The notes: generated by a model not told the origin, from the letters alone. 64,000 nucleotides of DNA from Candidatus Gastranaerophilales bacterium (GCA_944325605.1 CALVAX010000010.1:5933-69932); one strand, 5' to 3'; positions 9,799 to 19,697 are shown, counted from the first letter of the stretch. Program-made: numbers and translations.

Positions 9799-11115
9799 TT
9801 AAAAAGCACCTCTTGTTTTTGTAATTTCTATGACATTCTTTTTTTCAAGTATATCAGTAATTATATCTTTCTCATTTTTAAAAGTATTAAAAACTCGATT
9901 TAAAATTTCCTGTTCATATGTTTGATAAATAACAATCAACCCACACTTATCAATAAATATTAAATCCCCTGGAGTTATAGTACAACCATCAATTTTAATC
10001 GGCTTATTAATATAATCCAAAACTGCTCTACGACGAACATCAGCAGCATTATATCCTCTTGTAAATACAGGATAATTCAAGGCCGCAGTTTCCTCCAGAT
10101 CTCTAGTCACACCATCAATTACTGTAGCTGCTGCTCCGGCACGTATTGCCAACTGCGCATTTAAATTACCAAAATAAGCAAATTCTTTGGCTTCATTTTC
10201 TACACAGATAACATCATTCTCTGATATTCCATCATAAGATGCCAATGCATCATAAATTTTTCTAAAATCCTCACCTACTTTTAATTTTCTTAAACGCAGG
10301 GTATTAGCCCGACCTAAAATTTTTACATTTTTCAAATTTGATTTCCAATTTGGGATAACAGCACCACATTTCACCCCCTTCTCAATTTCCATATCATCTA
10401 ATAGGTCAGACAGTGCAGGTGAAGTCATAAAATGTTTTACAAGATTTAAACGTTTGTTTTCGACTGCTCTTTTCCCCTTTGCGAAAGCTTCTGCAAATAC
10501 TAAATCCTCAGGTGTATTAACATCAATTAATTCTTCTAATTCTCCAAATATAAGCAACGGTTTTTCCCCATAACGGCGATTTGTTTTTAAAGCACTTGCT
10601 TTCTTGTGGATATACAATCCCATTGACTCATTTATCGTTTCAGGTAAATCCTTGCTGTTTGGAATATGGTTAATATCATATACAGGCTTATTATCCTTCC
10701 AAAAATAATATTTATCTTTTTTCATTAGAATAGCAGAATCATATTCTGTACTATTTTTAAGAGTTCTTATAGCTTTATCTATCGTTTCTGGATGTATAAA
10801 AGGTGATGTACACAACAATTGTACATATATGTCCGCATCGGAATATGAGTGAACTTCATTCATAAACATTTGATGTCCATCTGTTTTATTATTGGCAAGA
10901 CTTTCATCACGTTTCATAAAAGTAATTGGCAAATAGTCCGCCATCAAATACATCTCATCGGATTCAGTATCTAAAAACACTCGGTCTATTTCATTACATT
11001 TTAACAAAGTCTTAAGTGCTCTTATATAAAGGCGCTCCCCATCAAGGAAACGCATATTTTTACTTTCTACTCGTTCACTAGTTCCCTTTGCCGGAACAAA
11101 TGCATAAACTTTCAT
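9799..11115 (-). CDS. fusion: CMP-sugar (acylneuraminate-type) cytidylyltransferase + RraA/HMG-aldolase-like domain
   Basis: The N-terminal half has VPAKGTSERVESKN...LLCTSPF (CTP_transf_3 pattern). The C-terminal half has FGNLNAQLAIRAGAAATVIDGVTRD...PVFTRG...ITPGDLIFIDKCGLIVI (RraA-family pattern). Confidence 0.75.
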   Translation of the reverse strand: MKVYAFVPAKGTSERVESKNMRFLDGERLYIRALKTLLKCNEIDRVFLDTESDEMYLMADYLPITFMKRDESLANNKTDGHQMFMNEVHSYSDADIYVQLLCTSPFIHPETIDKAIRTLKNSTEYDSAILMKKDKYYFWKDNKPVYDINHIPNSKDLPETINESMGLYIHKKASALKTNRRYGEKPLLIFGELEELIDVNTPEDLVFAEAFAKGKRAVENKRLNLVKHFMTSPALSDLLDDMEIEKGVKCGAVIPNWKSNLKNVKILGRANTLRLRKLKVGEDFRKIYDALASYDGISENDVICVENEAKEFAYFGNLNAQLAIRAGAAATVIDGVTRDLEETAALNYPVFTRGYNAADVRRRAVLDYINKPIKIDGCTITPGDLIFIDKCGLIVIYQTYEQEILNRVFNTFKNEKDIITDILEKKNVIEITKTRGAF

Positions 11116-13579
11116 TTTTATCTCCTTTATTATTAATTTTTACATGCTCAAAATGATAACCTCTGTGTTCTGCAAAAGTTCTAAATTCGAGATTTTCCGA
11201 TAACATAGGCTTTGAATTTATATAGTTTGCACATTTCTTATACAAAACTGCTTTTAATTCTTGTTTTGAATAAGAGTTAGGATTAACGCTTAATAATTCT
11301 TCTATGGGTGTTGTATATTCCATAACCATTTTTCTTATTAAAAGACTTTGCCATTTAGTCTCAATAGGAACATCCCAATTTACGGGTAAATTTATTGTAA
11401 ATCCTGCAATTTGTGCAAATTCAATGGCTTGTAATGATGTCGAAGATCCCAACGAAACTACAGCCACAAACTCGTCTAAACTATAACAATCTAGCGGAAG
11501 ACTCGAATTTAAGATAGATATACTTGGATTATTTATATAATTTCTTGGATCTCTAGGATGTGGTTTAAAATAAATTTTATATCCTAGTTCTGTTAATTTA
11601 GCAATCATATCGTCTTGCAATTGCATATATTGCGTTTTTGAAAGACGAGTAATCTCCCACCAAGAACCACAAAAAATTATTGCTTTTTCTTCTTTATCTA
11701 AAGTAACATTTAATGGAAACATCGTTTCACACTCTTTAGTTACTTCTTTAAATAACTTGCGATCTAATGGGATCATTTTCCTGACAACATCCGGAGTGAA
11801 ACCATAATAATCTAATTTACCTATATAAGTATGGGTTATAAAATTTTTGAGCTTCCCGTAATCAAAATAACCGGAACGCGCTATTTTACAGCCGCAGCCT
11901 TCATCTGTCATTATCCAGGCAGCATTAGGGTATAACTCCTTTGGTATTCTAAAATCGCGATAAATATTAGGAAAATATACTTCATCAAAATTATACAATT
12001 TATTTTTCAAAAAATACTCTCTAATATCAGGAGTATTTGCATAATAAGAATGCACATTCTCAAAATTATGCAAACCCGCAATTTTTCTTGCGCATTCATC
12101 AAATTTATCATTTTTAAAATTTGAATATATAAAAAGCTCATCCTGACAATTAGGTTCATTCAATTGTTTTATAATTGTTAAAGTGTTCACAAGAGAAAGA
12201 TTTCCCGTTGTCATAAACAGGCGGCGTTTAATCTTTTTATTTTTTCTTTTCAGAAATTTATCATTTGCTTGTATAAAATGCTTAATTCTGTCTTCTAAAT
12301 TGATTTTATGCTTGAATGTAATACCAAAAATTCTCACTATTTTAACTTTATAATCATTTTTATAAGAATTACCTATAAAGAAAATTCTGTTTACTACTTT
12401 CTTAAAGTAATAGTTAAAGTCCTTATTTTTTGAGAACTTCAGTTTCACTCCTAAAATGTTGAATACCTTATGATTTTTAATTTTATCATTTGTAACTGAA
12501 AATATTTTTTGATAATGAGTTGAAATTTTTATTCCAAGCAGATTTAAAACAAAATATGGATTTTTATTTCTGAAAACTTTTAGACCGAAAAATCTATTGC
12601 CAAAATCAATATATGGAAGATTAAGCTGCTTAATTTTCCAAAATTGTCTTTTCCTAATATATTCAACTTCTGCTCCCCAATTATAATTAATATTCAACGA
12701 GTTTGCCAATTCTACTAATTTTTCTATTATAAAATTGCTATTTGAAGGAGTTGCAAATGTACAAGCCCACAAAATCACATTCAAAAAACGCCTAAAAATT
12801 AAATTACAACAAATATCTACTTTTTTATTTCTATTATAGAATTTGACAATTTCTTCCGCTGACTGAATATAATGCGAAAAAGCAAAAACAAAATTATAAT
12901 GAGGAGAATACTTTGTTGTTGCTGAATTTAATACTAATAAATAATGATATAATTCTTTATTTATAAAATAAATATAATTTACATCACACAAATACGAATA
13001 CACAAAAAGCGTATCTTCGGTATAATTATAATTTAAAAAACGAAGATTAAAATTTTGTATTATTTTCTTTTTAAATAATAAACGCCAAACACCACCGGAC
13101 ATTCTTAAACTTATCTGTAAGCTTAACTTCTTCTTTCCTGCAAAAGGATATTTGTGCCAACCTTTTATGTTTTTATATTCGTCCTTTCGATCATCCCTTA
13201 ATTGAACTACATTAACACCCCAGCTGACAAGGTCAATTTCAGAGTCTTTGAGAAACTCGGCTACTGCAAGTTCGTAACACTCTGGTTCCAGCCAGTCGTC
13301 TGAATCTACAAAGGCTATATACTCGCCTGTCGCAATATCAAGACCTTGGTTTCGAGCTGCTGAAACGCCTGCATTTTCCTGATGGATTACTATTATACGT
13401 GAATCCTTTTTAGCATATTCGTCTAGAATAGCACCACTATTATCTGGAGAGCCGTCCTCAACACATATTATCTCTAAATTCGTATATGTTTGATTTATTA
13501 CGCTATCCAAACATTTTTGTAAATATTTTTCTACGTTATATACTGGTATTATAACACTTATTAATGGTGTATTTTCCAT
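11078..13579 (-). CDS. bifunctional glycosyltransferase: N-terminal GT2 + C-terminal (poly)sialyltransferase-like domain
   Basis: GT2 signature: ISVIIPVYNVEKYL...VEDGSPD...FVDSDDW. The C-terminal half starts RLFMTTGNLSLVNTLTIIKQ. It carries a D/E-D/E-G motif (MTDEG, nt 11897-11905) and an HP motif (KPHPRD, nt 11555-11560). Confidence 0.7.
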   Translation of the reverse strand: MENTPLISVIIPVYNVEKYLQKCLDSVINQTYTNLEIICVEDGSPDNSGAILDEYAKKDSRIIVIHQENAGVSAARNQGLDIATGEYIAFVDSDDWLEPECYELAVAEFLKDSEIDLVSWGVNVVQLRDDRKDEYKNIKGWHKYPFAGKKKLSLQISLRMSGGVWRLLFKKKIIQNFNLRFLNYNYTEDTLFVYSYLCDVNYIYFINKELYHYLLVLNSATTKYSPHYNFVFAFSHYIQSAEEIVKFYNRNKKVDICCNLIFRRFLNVILWACTFATPSNSNFIIEKLVELANSLNINYNWGAEVEYIRKRQFWKIKQLNLPYIDFGNRFFGLKVFRNKNPYFVLNLLGIKISTHYQKIFSVTNDKIKNHKVFNILGVKLKFSKNKDFNYYFKKVVNRIFFIGNSYKNDYKVKIVRIFGITFKHKINLEDRIKHFIQANDKFLKRKNKKIKRRLFMTTGNLSLVNTLTIIKQLNEPNCQDELFIYSNFKNDKFDECARKIAGLHNFENVHSYYANTPDIREYFLKNKLYNFDEVYFPNIYRDFRIPKELYPNAAWIMTDEGCGCKIARSGYFDYGKLKNFITHTYIGKLDYYGFTPDVVRKMIPLDRKLFKEVTKECETMFPLNVTLDKEEKAIIFCGSWWEITRLSKTQYMQLQDDMIAKLTELGYKIYFKPHPRDPRNYINNPSISILNSSLPLDCYSLDEFVAVVSLGSSTSLQAIEFAQIAGFTINLPVNWDVPIETKWQSLLIRKMVMEYTTPIEELLSVNPNSYSKQELKAVLYKKCANYINSKPMLSENLEFRTFAEHRGYHFEHVKINNKGDKNESLCICSGKGN

Positions 13580-13583
13580 AAAC

Positions 13584-14627
13584 TTATACTCCTCTTCGTA
13601 ACTTTTTAGCGTTTTTTATTTTTTGTTTCCACTTTAATCTTTTGTCTTTATAATGTTTTTTAGCATTGCCAAAAGTAATATTTGAAAGAATTTTATATCG
13701 CCAATACTTCAGAATATTTTTTCTGTAGTTTAAAGCATCGCTTAACTGCGTTTTATCAATATTGTTGCGGACTTCTATAGTTTTGCTTTGTAATAAATTC
13801 ATAAGCATTGCTTCATAATAAGGTGATTTCCGTGCATAATACCAAAAATATTCAGCATAAGGAGTATTAATTTTTAACCAGGGTTTTTGACGTGCTGCAT
13901 AGTGTATAATACCATTATTTCTTAGCAATAGTTGGTTAATATGATATTCATTGTAATTGGGTTGATTATAATTAACATATATGTTCCAACGTGCATCAAG
14001 ATAATATATATTCTTTGCAAATGTAATATTAAAAATATCTTGATCTGGATATTCAAGTTTTTGCTTATACGTTATAGCTGTATCTTCAAATTTTTGTTCA
14101 ACATCTAATTCCCGCCACAAATCTAAATTTGCAACAAAAACTCCGGTATTACAGTAATGTACTATACTTTTTACATTTAATGCTTGTTTAACTCTCTCTG
14201 AAAGTGGATCAATTACCGCAGCAAATGGTTTTGATACAACGTCTGTATTGTAGAGCTCACTCAATGAACTTTGAACAATCATATCCGTTTCTAATACAAT
14301 TGCTTTCGATATATTTGGAAATAAAGAAGCAAGCTTCAATTTGTAATTACACAAATTTGTTTGAATATGCAACTTTGCAAATGGAATATTTTTTATTATA
14401 TTTGCATCTGGATATATATATTCAATATTGTAATTTTTATGCTTTCCGCAACCTAAAGATATTTTTATTTTATCAACTTTAGATATATCTTCTGTAATGA
14501 TATGGAATGATAAATAGTCATCTTCATTCGCATTTTCTAATATTGATATTAATAAAACTATTAAATATTGCGAATATAAAGATGATGAAGGTATAATTAT
14601 ATCAATAGGCTTTTTGTCTTTAATCAT
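13584..14627 (-). CDS. glycosyltransferase family 8
   Basis: NTGVFVANLDLW, DQDIFN and IIHYAARQKPW motifs. ATG 14627 overlaps the upstream stop (ATGA). Confidence 0.85.
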   Translation of the reverse strand: MIKDKKPIDIIIPSSSLYSQYLIVLLISILENANEDDYLSFHIITEDISKVDKIKISLGCGKHKNYNIEYIYPDANIIKNIPFAKLHIQTNLCNYKLKLASLFPNISKAIVLETDMIVQSSLSELYNTDVVSKPFAAVIDPLSERVKQALNVKSIVHYCNTGVFVANLDLWRELDVEQKFEDTAITYKQKLEYPDQDIFNITFAKNIYYLDARWNIYVNYNQPNYNEYHINQLLLRNNGIIHYAARQKPWLKINTPYAEYFWYYARKSPYYEAMLMNLLQSKTIEVRNNIDKTQLSDALNYRKNILKYWRYKILSNITFGNAKKHYKDKRLKWKQKIKNAKKLRRGV

Positions 14628-15973
14628 TTTAAAATCTCCATTTTTAAAACCTTTCTCCCATCGTCGAATGCCTGATGGGTCCAGAAGTATTCCCATTTGC
14701 CGAAGCGTCCGATACTTTCTATTCCAACTTTGTACAGATAGTCAAGAACTATCTTTTTGTTTTTGTAAATATCTTTGTCAAAGATTACGTTTGCATACTT
14801 TTCAAATCGAATATCTTTTACAGCAATTTCTTCTTCTTTGAACAGACCCATCGAAATTAAACTTTCTATTGTTTTTTCAAGGATTACCTCAGGCGGTGTC
14901 TGAGGATTAAAGAAACCCCTCCTCGAAATCACAGATTTCGGTCCTCCCGCAAGGGGAGGACAATTCTCTTGCGCTCCGGAATTTGCAAAGAATATTTCCG
15001 CCTGCAGTGAACTGCAGCCTTCCGGTACATTATCCGCAGACTTCAAGTTTGGCGAATAAACCCTTGCCGGCAAAATATCTTCATCATAAATATAAAACCA
15101 CAGATGCTTTGCCACATCCGGACGATTAAATCCTAATGACACCATATAACCTGATGTATGCATAAGATTTAAACCGGCTTCTTTTACTTCCTCCGGTATT
15201 CCGTCTATCATTTTTACTATTTCTGGCAGCGGAAGCGATGAAATCAATCTTGTGTATTTTGTGCTTGTTCCGTCTTTAAATATGACTATCTTTTCCTGAG
15301 GATTGATTTTGATGACTTTTTTGTTAAAACGTATATCCAAACCTTCGCGGCATTTGTTTAAGATTGAGCGGAACCCGCCTTTTTTAGGGTATTTCATCAC
15401 TTTTGAATAGTAAAAACATTCATCTTGAGTTTCAAATGAACCTTTTAAAACCTGTTTTAAATCAGGAGTATACATCCTTTGCCCCACCCATTTTGTTTCA
15501 AGCTCTTTTGGTTCTACTCCCCAGTATTTGCGGGTGTATTTGAACGGAAAGTTTTCGGCAAAATAATTTCCGTATTGAACCCTTAGCCATTCACCATAAT
15601 CTTGTATTTCATCAACTGGTTTTTCAATTCTGTTTACAAAATCATAGATAATGTCCGTTTTTTCTTCAGATGATAGGGGGGCAAGATTATTTTGAGCAGG
15701 GTGTCTAATCCAAATTCCTTTGTAATAATTCGACGGAAAAGGGACATGTTCAATCAGTTCAACAGATTCTTTAAATATATTTTTTATGTACTCATCCGGC
15801 GCAAAAGTAAAATGCACAAACCGGTCAAAACGGAAGCCGTCTATCGTGAAATTTCCGCATAAACCGCCCCAGTCGCTGTCTTTTTCATAAATAACGACAT
15901 TTTCACCGGATTTTTCAAGATGATAACCTGCAGAAATTCCGGCGATTCCGCTTCCTAAGATTACAGTTCCCAT
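14624..15973 (-). CDS. FAD-dependent nucleotide-sugar pyranose/furanose mutase-like oxidoreductase (long, eukaryote-type UGM-like)
   Basis: GSGIAGISAGYHL dinucleotide fold. GGLCGNFTIDGFRFD and RHPAQNNLAPLSSEEK resemble the PFQNN segment of long UDP-galactopyranose mutases. Confidence 0.6.
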   Translation of the reverse strand: MGTVILGSGIAGISAGYHLEKSGENVVIYEKDSDWGGLCGNFTIDGFRFDRFVHFTFAPDEYIKNIFKESVELIEHVPFPSNYYKGIWIRHPAQNNLAPLSSEEKTDIIYDFVNRIEKPVDEIQDYGEWLRVQYGNYFAENFPFKYTRKYWGVEPKELETKWVGQRMYTPDLKQVLKGSFETQDECFYYSKVMKYPKKGGFRSILNKCREGLDIRFNKKVIKINPQEKIVIFKDGTSTKYTRLISSLPLPEIVKMIDGIPEEVKEAGLNLMHTSGYMVSLGFNRPDVAKHLWFYIYDEDILPARVYSPNLKSADNVPEGCSSLQAEIFFANSGAQENCPPLAGGPKSVISRRGFFNPQTPPEVILEKTIESLISMGLFKEEEIAVKDIRFEKYANVIFDKDIYKNKKIVLDYLYKVGIESIGRFGKWEYFWTHQAFDDGRKVLKMEILK

Positions 15974-17055
15974 AGATATCCTTTATCCGAGTGTGCTTGA
16001 ATTTGTTTCTTACAAAATTCGAACATATCGTCCGAGTGCAGAGCTTCCTTGTACCAGTCAACCGTAAATTCTATAGCCTCTTTTAAATTAAGCATTGCTT
16101 TCCACTGAAGCATTCTGTATGCTTTTGTGACATCAAGACTCAACAGTGTATTTTCATGCACCATTTCTTTTCCTGATACATCTACTACTTTGCCTTTGCC
16201 GTAGTATTTAACCAGGTATTCCACAACTTCCCAAACTGTTTTGTTGCATTCTATCGGAGGCCCGAAGTTGAAACCTTCCGAATACTTAACAGGATCTTCC
16301 ATTAACTTCTGGCCGACTCTAAGGTATCCGCTTAAAGGCTCCATTACATGCTCCCACGGGCGTGTTGCCTTTGGTGATCGTATTTCGATATCTTTCCCTT
16401 CTTCAATAAATCTTATGCAGTCAGGGATTAAACGATTATCTGACCAGTCGCCTCCGCCGATTACATTTCCGGCGCGGACTGACGCTATTGCCTTTCCGTG
16501 TTTTGCATAATCTTTCGGGTTGAAGTAAGAGTTTCTGTAAGATGAAATCATTAGTTCTGCACACCCTTTTGAAGATGAATACGGGTCGTAACCGCCCATT
16601 CTGTCTGTTTCTTTGTAACCCCAGATTTGCTCTACATTTTCGTAGCACTTGTCAGAGGTAATCATAACAACCGTCTTAATACAATCAAATTTTCTGACAG
16701 CCTCCAGTATGTTCAAAGACCCCATAACGTTGGTTTCGTATGTGTATTTCGGATTTGCATAAGCTGTTCTGACTAACGCCTGTGCTGCAAGGTGGAAAAC
16801 AATTTCAGGTTTATACTTTGCGATTGTTTCTTCCAGCTTTTCACTGTCACGGACGTCACCCTTCACATCTGCAAATAAATGTTTTTCCAGATGTGAAGCC
16901 TTGTAGTTTCCTCTCTCGCTGTACGGTTCAAGCGCATAGCCGACAACTTTTGCCCCGAGCATTGTAAGCCAGATTGAAAGCCAGCTTCCTTTAAAGCCGG
17001 TATGACCTGTTACAAGTACTGTTTTACCTGAATAAACATTATTAAAATTTGACAT
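15961..17055 (-). CDS. rfbG: CDP-glucose 4,6-dehydratase
   Basis: GKTVLVTGHTGFKGSWLSIWL N-terminus and YSSSK catalytic motif. 364 aa. Confidence 0.9.
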   Translation of the reverse strand: MSNFNNVYSGKTVLVTGHTGFKGSWLSIWLTMLGAKVVGYALEPYSERGNYKASHLEKHLFADVKGDVRDSEKLEETIAKYKPEIVFHLAAQALVRTAYANPKYTYETNVMGSLNILEAVRKFDCIKTVVMITSDKCYENVEQIWGYKETDRMGGYDPYSSSKGCAELMISSYRNSYFNPKDYAKHGKAIASVRAGNVIGGGDWSDNRLIPDCIRFIEEGKDIEIRSPKATRPWEHVMEPLSGYLRVGQKLMEDPVKYSEGFNFGPPIECNKTVWEVVEYLVKYYGKGKVVDVSGKEMVHENTLLSLDVTKAYRMLQWKAMLNLKEAIEFTVDWYKEALHSDDMFEFCKKQIQAHSDKGYLWEL

Positions 17056-17947
17056 TATATTTTTCCTTTCCGAGCATTATAATCTCCTTAAGTGCTGTTT
17101 CAATCGTATATTCAGGTTCCCATCCAAGGTCATTACGTAGTCTTGAGTTGTTTCCGACAACAAATTTATACTGGTTACTTGCATGTTCATTAAATACCAC
17201 AAGATTTTCTTTTTTCATCAATTTTGCGATTGTTAAAACATAGTCTTTTATGCTGGTTGCAATTCCTGTTGAAATGTTAAATATGCCCTGCTTATCAGAA
17301 TCCAGAATCTCAACAAAGGCACTTGCAACATCTTTTGAATAAATATAATCTCTTATTAAACTTCCGCTTTTGATTTCAACTGTTTTATCGTTAAAAAGCG
17401 AGTTCATAACATCACCTGTCAATCTTCGTAAATCGCTTTCCAGACCGAAGGCGGAAAAAATTCTTCCCCACGCTAAGCTTATTCCGTTAGATTTACAGTA
17501 CAGTTCGGCTATCTCCCGTAAATAGTTTTTGCATTTTCCATAAATATGCTGTGGATTAAGCGGGCTTTTATATTCATCTAAAAGTTCTGCGCTTTCGGCA
17601 TATTCAATGTAAGTTCCTGCGATAACAACTTTTTCACCGCCATTTTCCTTAAAAGTTTTCAGCAGATTTAATGACGCTAATAAAAAATCAAAATTTATAT
17701 TGTCATTAAATTTGCCTGTTGTCTGCCAGGCAAGATGCAGTAAATGAGTCGGTTTTATTTCTTCAAATATCTTTTTCACTGTTTCAAAATCAAACAAATT
17801 TCCCTGAAGCCATATAACTTCACTATGGTGAGAAGGGATTTCACCCGTTGTGAGTGCAAAAACCTCATACCCTTTATCCAGTAAAGGTTTTAAGGTTTCT
17901 TTGCCGATAAGTCCTTTTGCTCCTGTAACAAATACTTTTTTAGGCAT
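17042..17947 (-). CDS. NAD-dependent sugar epimerase/reductase (extended SDR)
   Basis: VFVTGAKGLIGKE Rossmann motif and a YGKCK catalytic motif. It is a paralog of the next gene. Confidence 0.8.
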   Translation of the reverse strand: MPKKVFVTGAKGLIGKETLKPLLDKGYEVFALTTGEIPSHHSEVIWLQGNLFDFETVKKIFEEIKPTHLLHLAWQTTGKFNDNINFDFLLASLNLLKTFKENGGEKVVIAGTYIEYAESAELLDEYKSPLNPQHIYGKCKNYLREIAELYCKSNGISLAWGRIFSAFGLESDLRRLTGDVMNSLFNDKTVEIKSGSLIRDYIYSKDVASAFVEILDSDKQGIFNISTGIATSIKDYVLTIAKLMKKENLVVFNEHASNQYKFVVGNNSRLRNDLGWEPEYTIETALKEIIMLGKEKYNVKF

Positions 17948-18848
17948 TAATCTGTCCCCTCCACCATTCAACACATTCTGTCAAACCGTCATCAAGGGAA
18001 TATTCGGGAGTCCATTTGACTTCATTTTTCAGTTTTAAACAGTCGCCCACGACAACAGGATCTTCAAAACCCGCCGGAATTACACCGTATAAAATTTTGC
18101 CTGAAAAATTCGTTAACTCCTTAATTTTTTCAACAATTGTTTTCAGTTGAACAGGTTCGCCGGAACAAATGTTAACAGCTCCTTGTACATCGCTTTCAAA
18201 AAACTTGACTATTGCTTTTGAAACATCATTCAAATACAAATAATCCTGATATTTTGTGCAAGGCGAAACTTTAACATCTTCCCCTTTCAGCATGGATGTA
18301 ATTACATAAGGCATCAATCTTTCAGGACGTTCAAACCGGCCGTATAAATTAAATATTCTTGCCCATTTAAAATCAATTTCGTTTTGCCCGCAATAAGTTC
18401 TGGCAACATTAAACAAAGCAGCTTTTGACTGCCCGTAAAGAGATTTGTTATCAAGCGGAGTTAAATCTTCTTTAAAATATCCGTACCCAAAGTCGTATTC
18501 TGAAATACTTCCGGCAAAAAGAATTTTTTTTCCGCCGTTTTCTTTAAAATACTTTAAAAGATTAAGAGAAGCCCCTACCCATTCAATGTTTATATTGTGA
18601 GAATGGCATTTTTTATCGCCGTACCATGCCAGATGGATTAAATTTTCAAACCTGTTTGATTGAATAAAATCTTTGACCGCAGCAAAGTCCAACAAATTAA
18701 GTGTCACAATTTTCAAATTGTTGTGCCAGAAATCGACGTGATTTTGAAAATTAATACCGACGACATCGTATCCGTTTAAAACTAAATCTTTTACAAGTTG
18801 TTTTCCGATAAATCCTGAAGCTCCGGTAACTAAAACTCTCTCTTTCAT
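17940..18848 (-). CDS. NAD-dependent sugar epimerase/reductase (extended SDR)
   Basis: VLVTGASGFIGKQL Rossmann motif and a YGQSK catalytic motif. Confidence 0.8.
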   Translation of the reverse strand: MKERVLVTGASGFIGKQLVKDLVLNGYDVVGINFQNHVDFWHNNLKIVTLNLLDFAAVKDFIQSNRFENLIHLAWYGDKKCHSHNINIEWVGASLNLLKYFKENGGKKILFAGSISEYDFGYGYFKEDLTPLDNKSLYGQSKAALFNVARTYCGQNEIDFKWARIFNLYGRFERPERLMPYVITSMLKGEDVKVSPCTKYQDYLYLNDVSKAIVKFFESDVQGAVNICSGEPVQLKTIVEKIKELTNFSGKILYGVIPAGFEDPVVVGDCLKLKNEVKWTPEYSLDDGLTECVEWWRGQINA

Positions 18849-18850
18849 TT

Positions 18851-19666
18851 TTATATTACTCCGGCTAAGGTTTCATACGCGTTAGTTTTCTCCCAGACTT
18901 TCCAGGGAGCTGTACCGGATTCCCACATTTCATCCAGTTCAATTTTGTCTCTCAGAGTGTCCATGGGCCGCCAGAAGCCGTGGTGTTTGTATGCAGCAAG
19001 CCCGCCGTGTTCGGCTATTGTTTCAAGAGGTCTGCGCTCAAAGATTTCGTTTTCATTTCCTGCTTCTATAAAGTTAAACACTTCAGGTTCGCAGACAAAG
19101 AATCCGCCGTTTATCCAGCCGCCGTCGCCTTTTGGTTTTTCTCTGAATGAAGATATTGTTCCATCCTCTTCTATATTCAGCGCGCCAAATCTGCCGGAAG
19201 GCTGAACTGAAGTCATTGTCATTATTTTTTTATGCGAGTTGTGGAAGTCTACAAGTTCTTTAATATTCACATCCGCAACACCGTCGCCGTAGGTGAGTAA
19301 GAAGGGTTTGTTTCCGACATACTCCTGTGCTTTTTTAATTCTGGCACCTGTCATTGCATTCTGGCCTGTGTAGAGCATAGTGACTTTCCAGGGCTCCGTG
19401 CGCATTTTGTGAAGTTCAATAGTATTGTCGCGCATATCTATTGTTAGGTCTGAATATCTCTGGTAATAGTGCACAAAGTAATCTTTTATTACATGCGACT
19501 TATATCCTGTCAGAATTACAAAGTCATTAAACCCGTAGTGGGAATAAATCTTCATTATGTGCCACAGAATAGGATACCCGCCGATTTCTACCATGGGCTT
19601 TGGTTTGCTTACTGTTTCTTCTCCTATGCGCGTCCCTAAACCGCCTGCTAATATTAGTACTTTCAT
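18851..19666 (-). CDS. rfbF: glucose-1-phosphate cytidylyltransferase
   Basis: MKVLILAGGLGTRIGEET...KPKPMVEIGGYPILWHIMKIY, the typical RfbF N-terminus. Confidence 0.9.
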   Translation of the reverse strand: MKVLILAGGLGTRIGEETVSKPKPMVEIGGYPILWHIMKIYSHYGFNDFVILTGYKSHVIKDYFVHYYQRYSDLTIDMRDNTIELHKMRTEPWKVTMLYTGQNAMTGARIKKAQEYVGNKPFLLTYGDGVADVNIKELVDFHNSHKKIMTMTSVQPSGRFGALNIEEDGTISSFREKPKGDGGWINGGFFVCEPEVFNFIEAGNENEIFERRPLETIAEHGGLAAYKHHGFWRPMDTLRDKIELDEMWESGTAPWKVWEKTNAYETLAGVI

Positions 19667-19697
19667 TCTTATCTCGCACCTCTTAGACTTATAATTT

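Noticed and set aside
9799-14700. Horizontal acquisition of the glycosyltransferase part of the operon, judged from an apparently lower GC content.
   Set aside because: The impression is by eye only. I could not compute composition or codon statistics, and glycan loci are often AT-rich without recent transfer.
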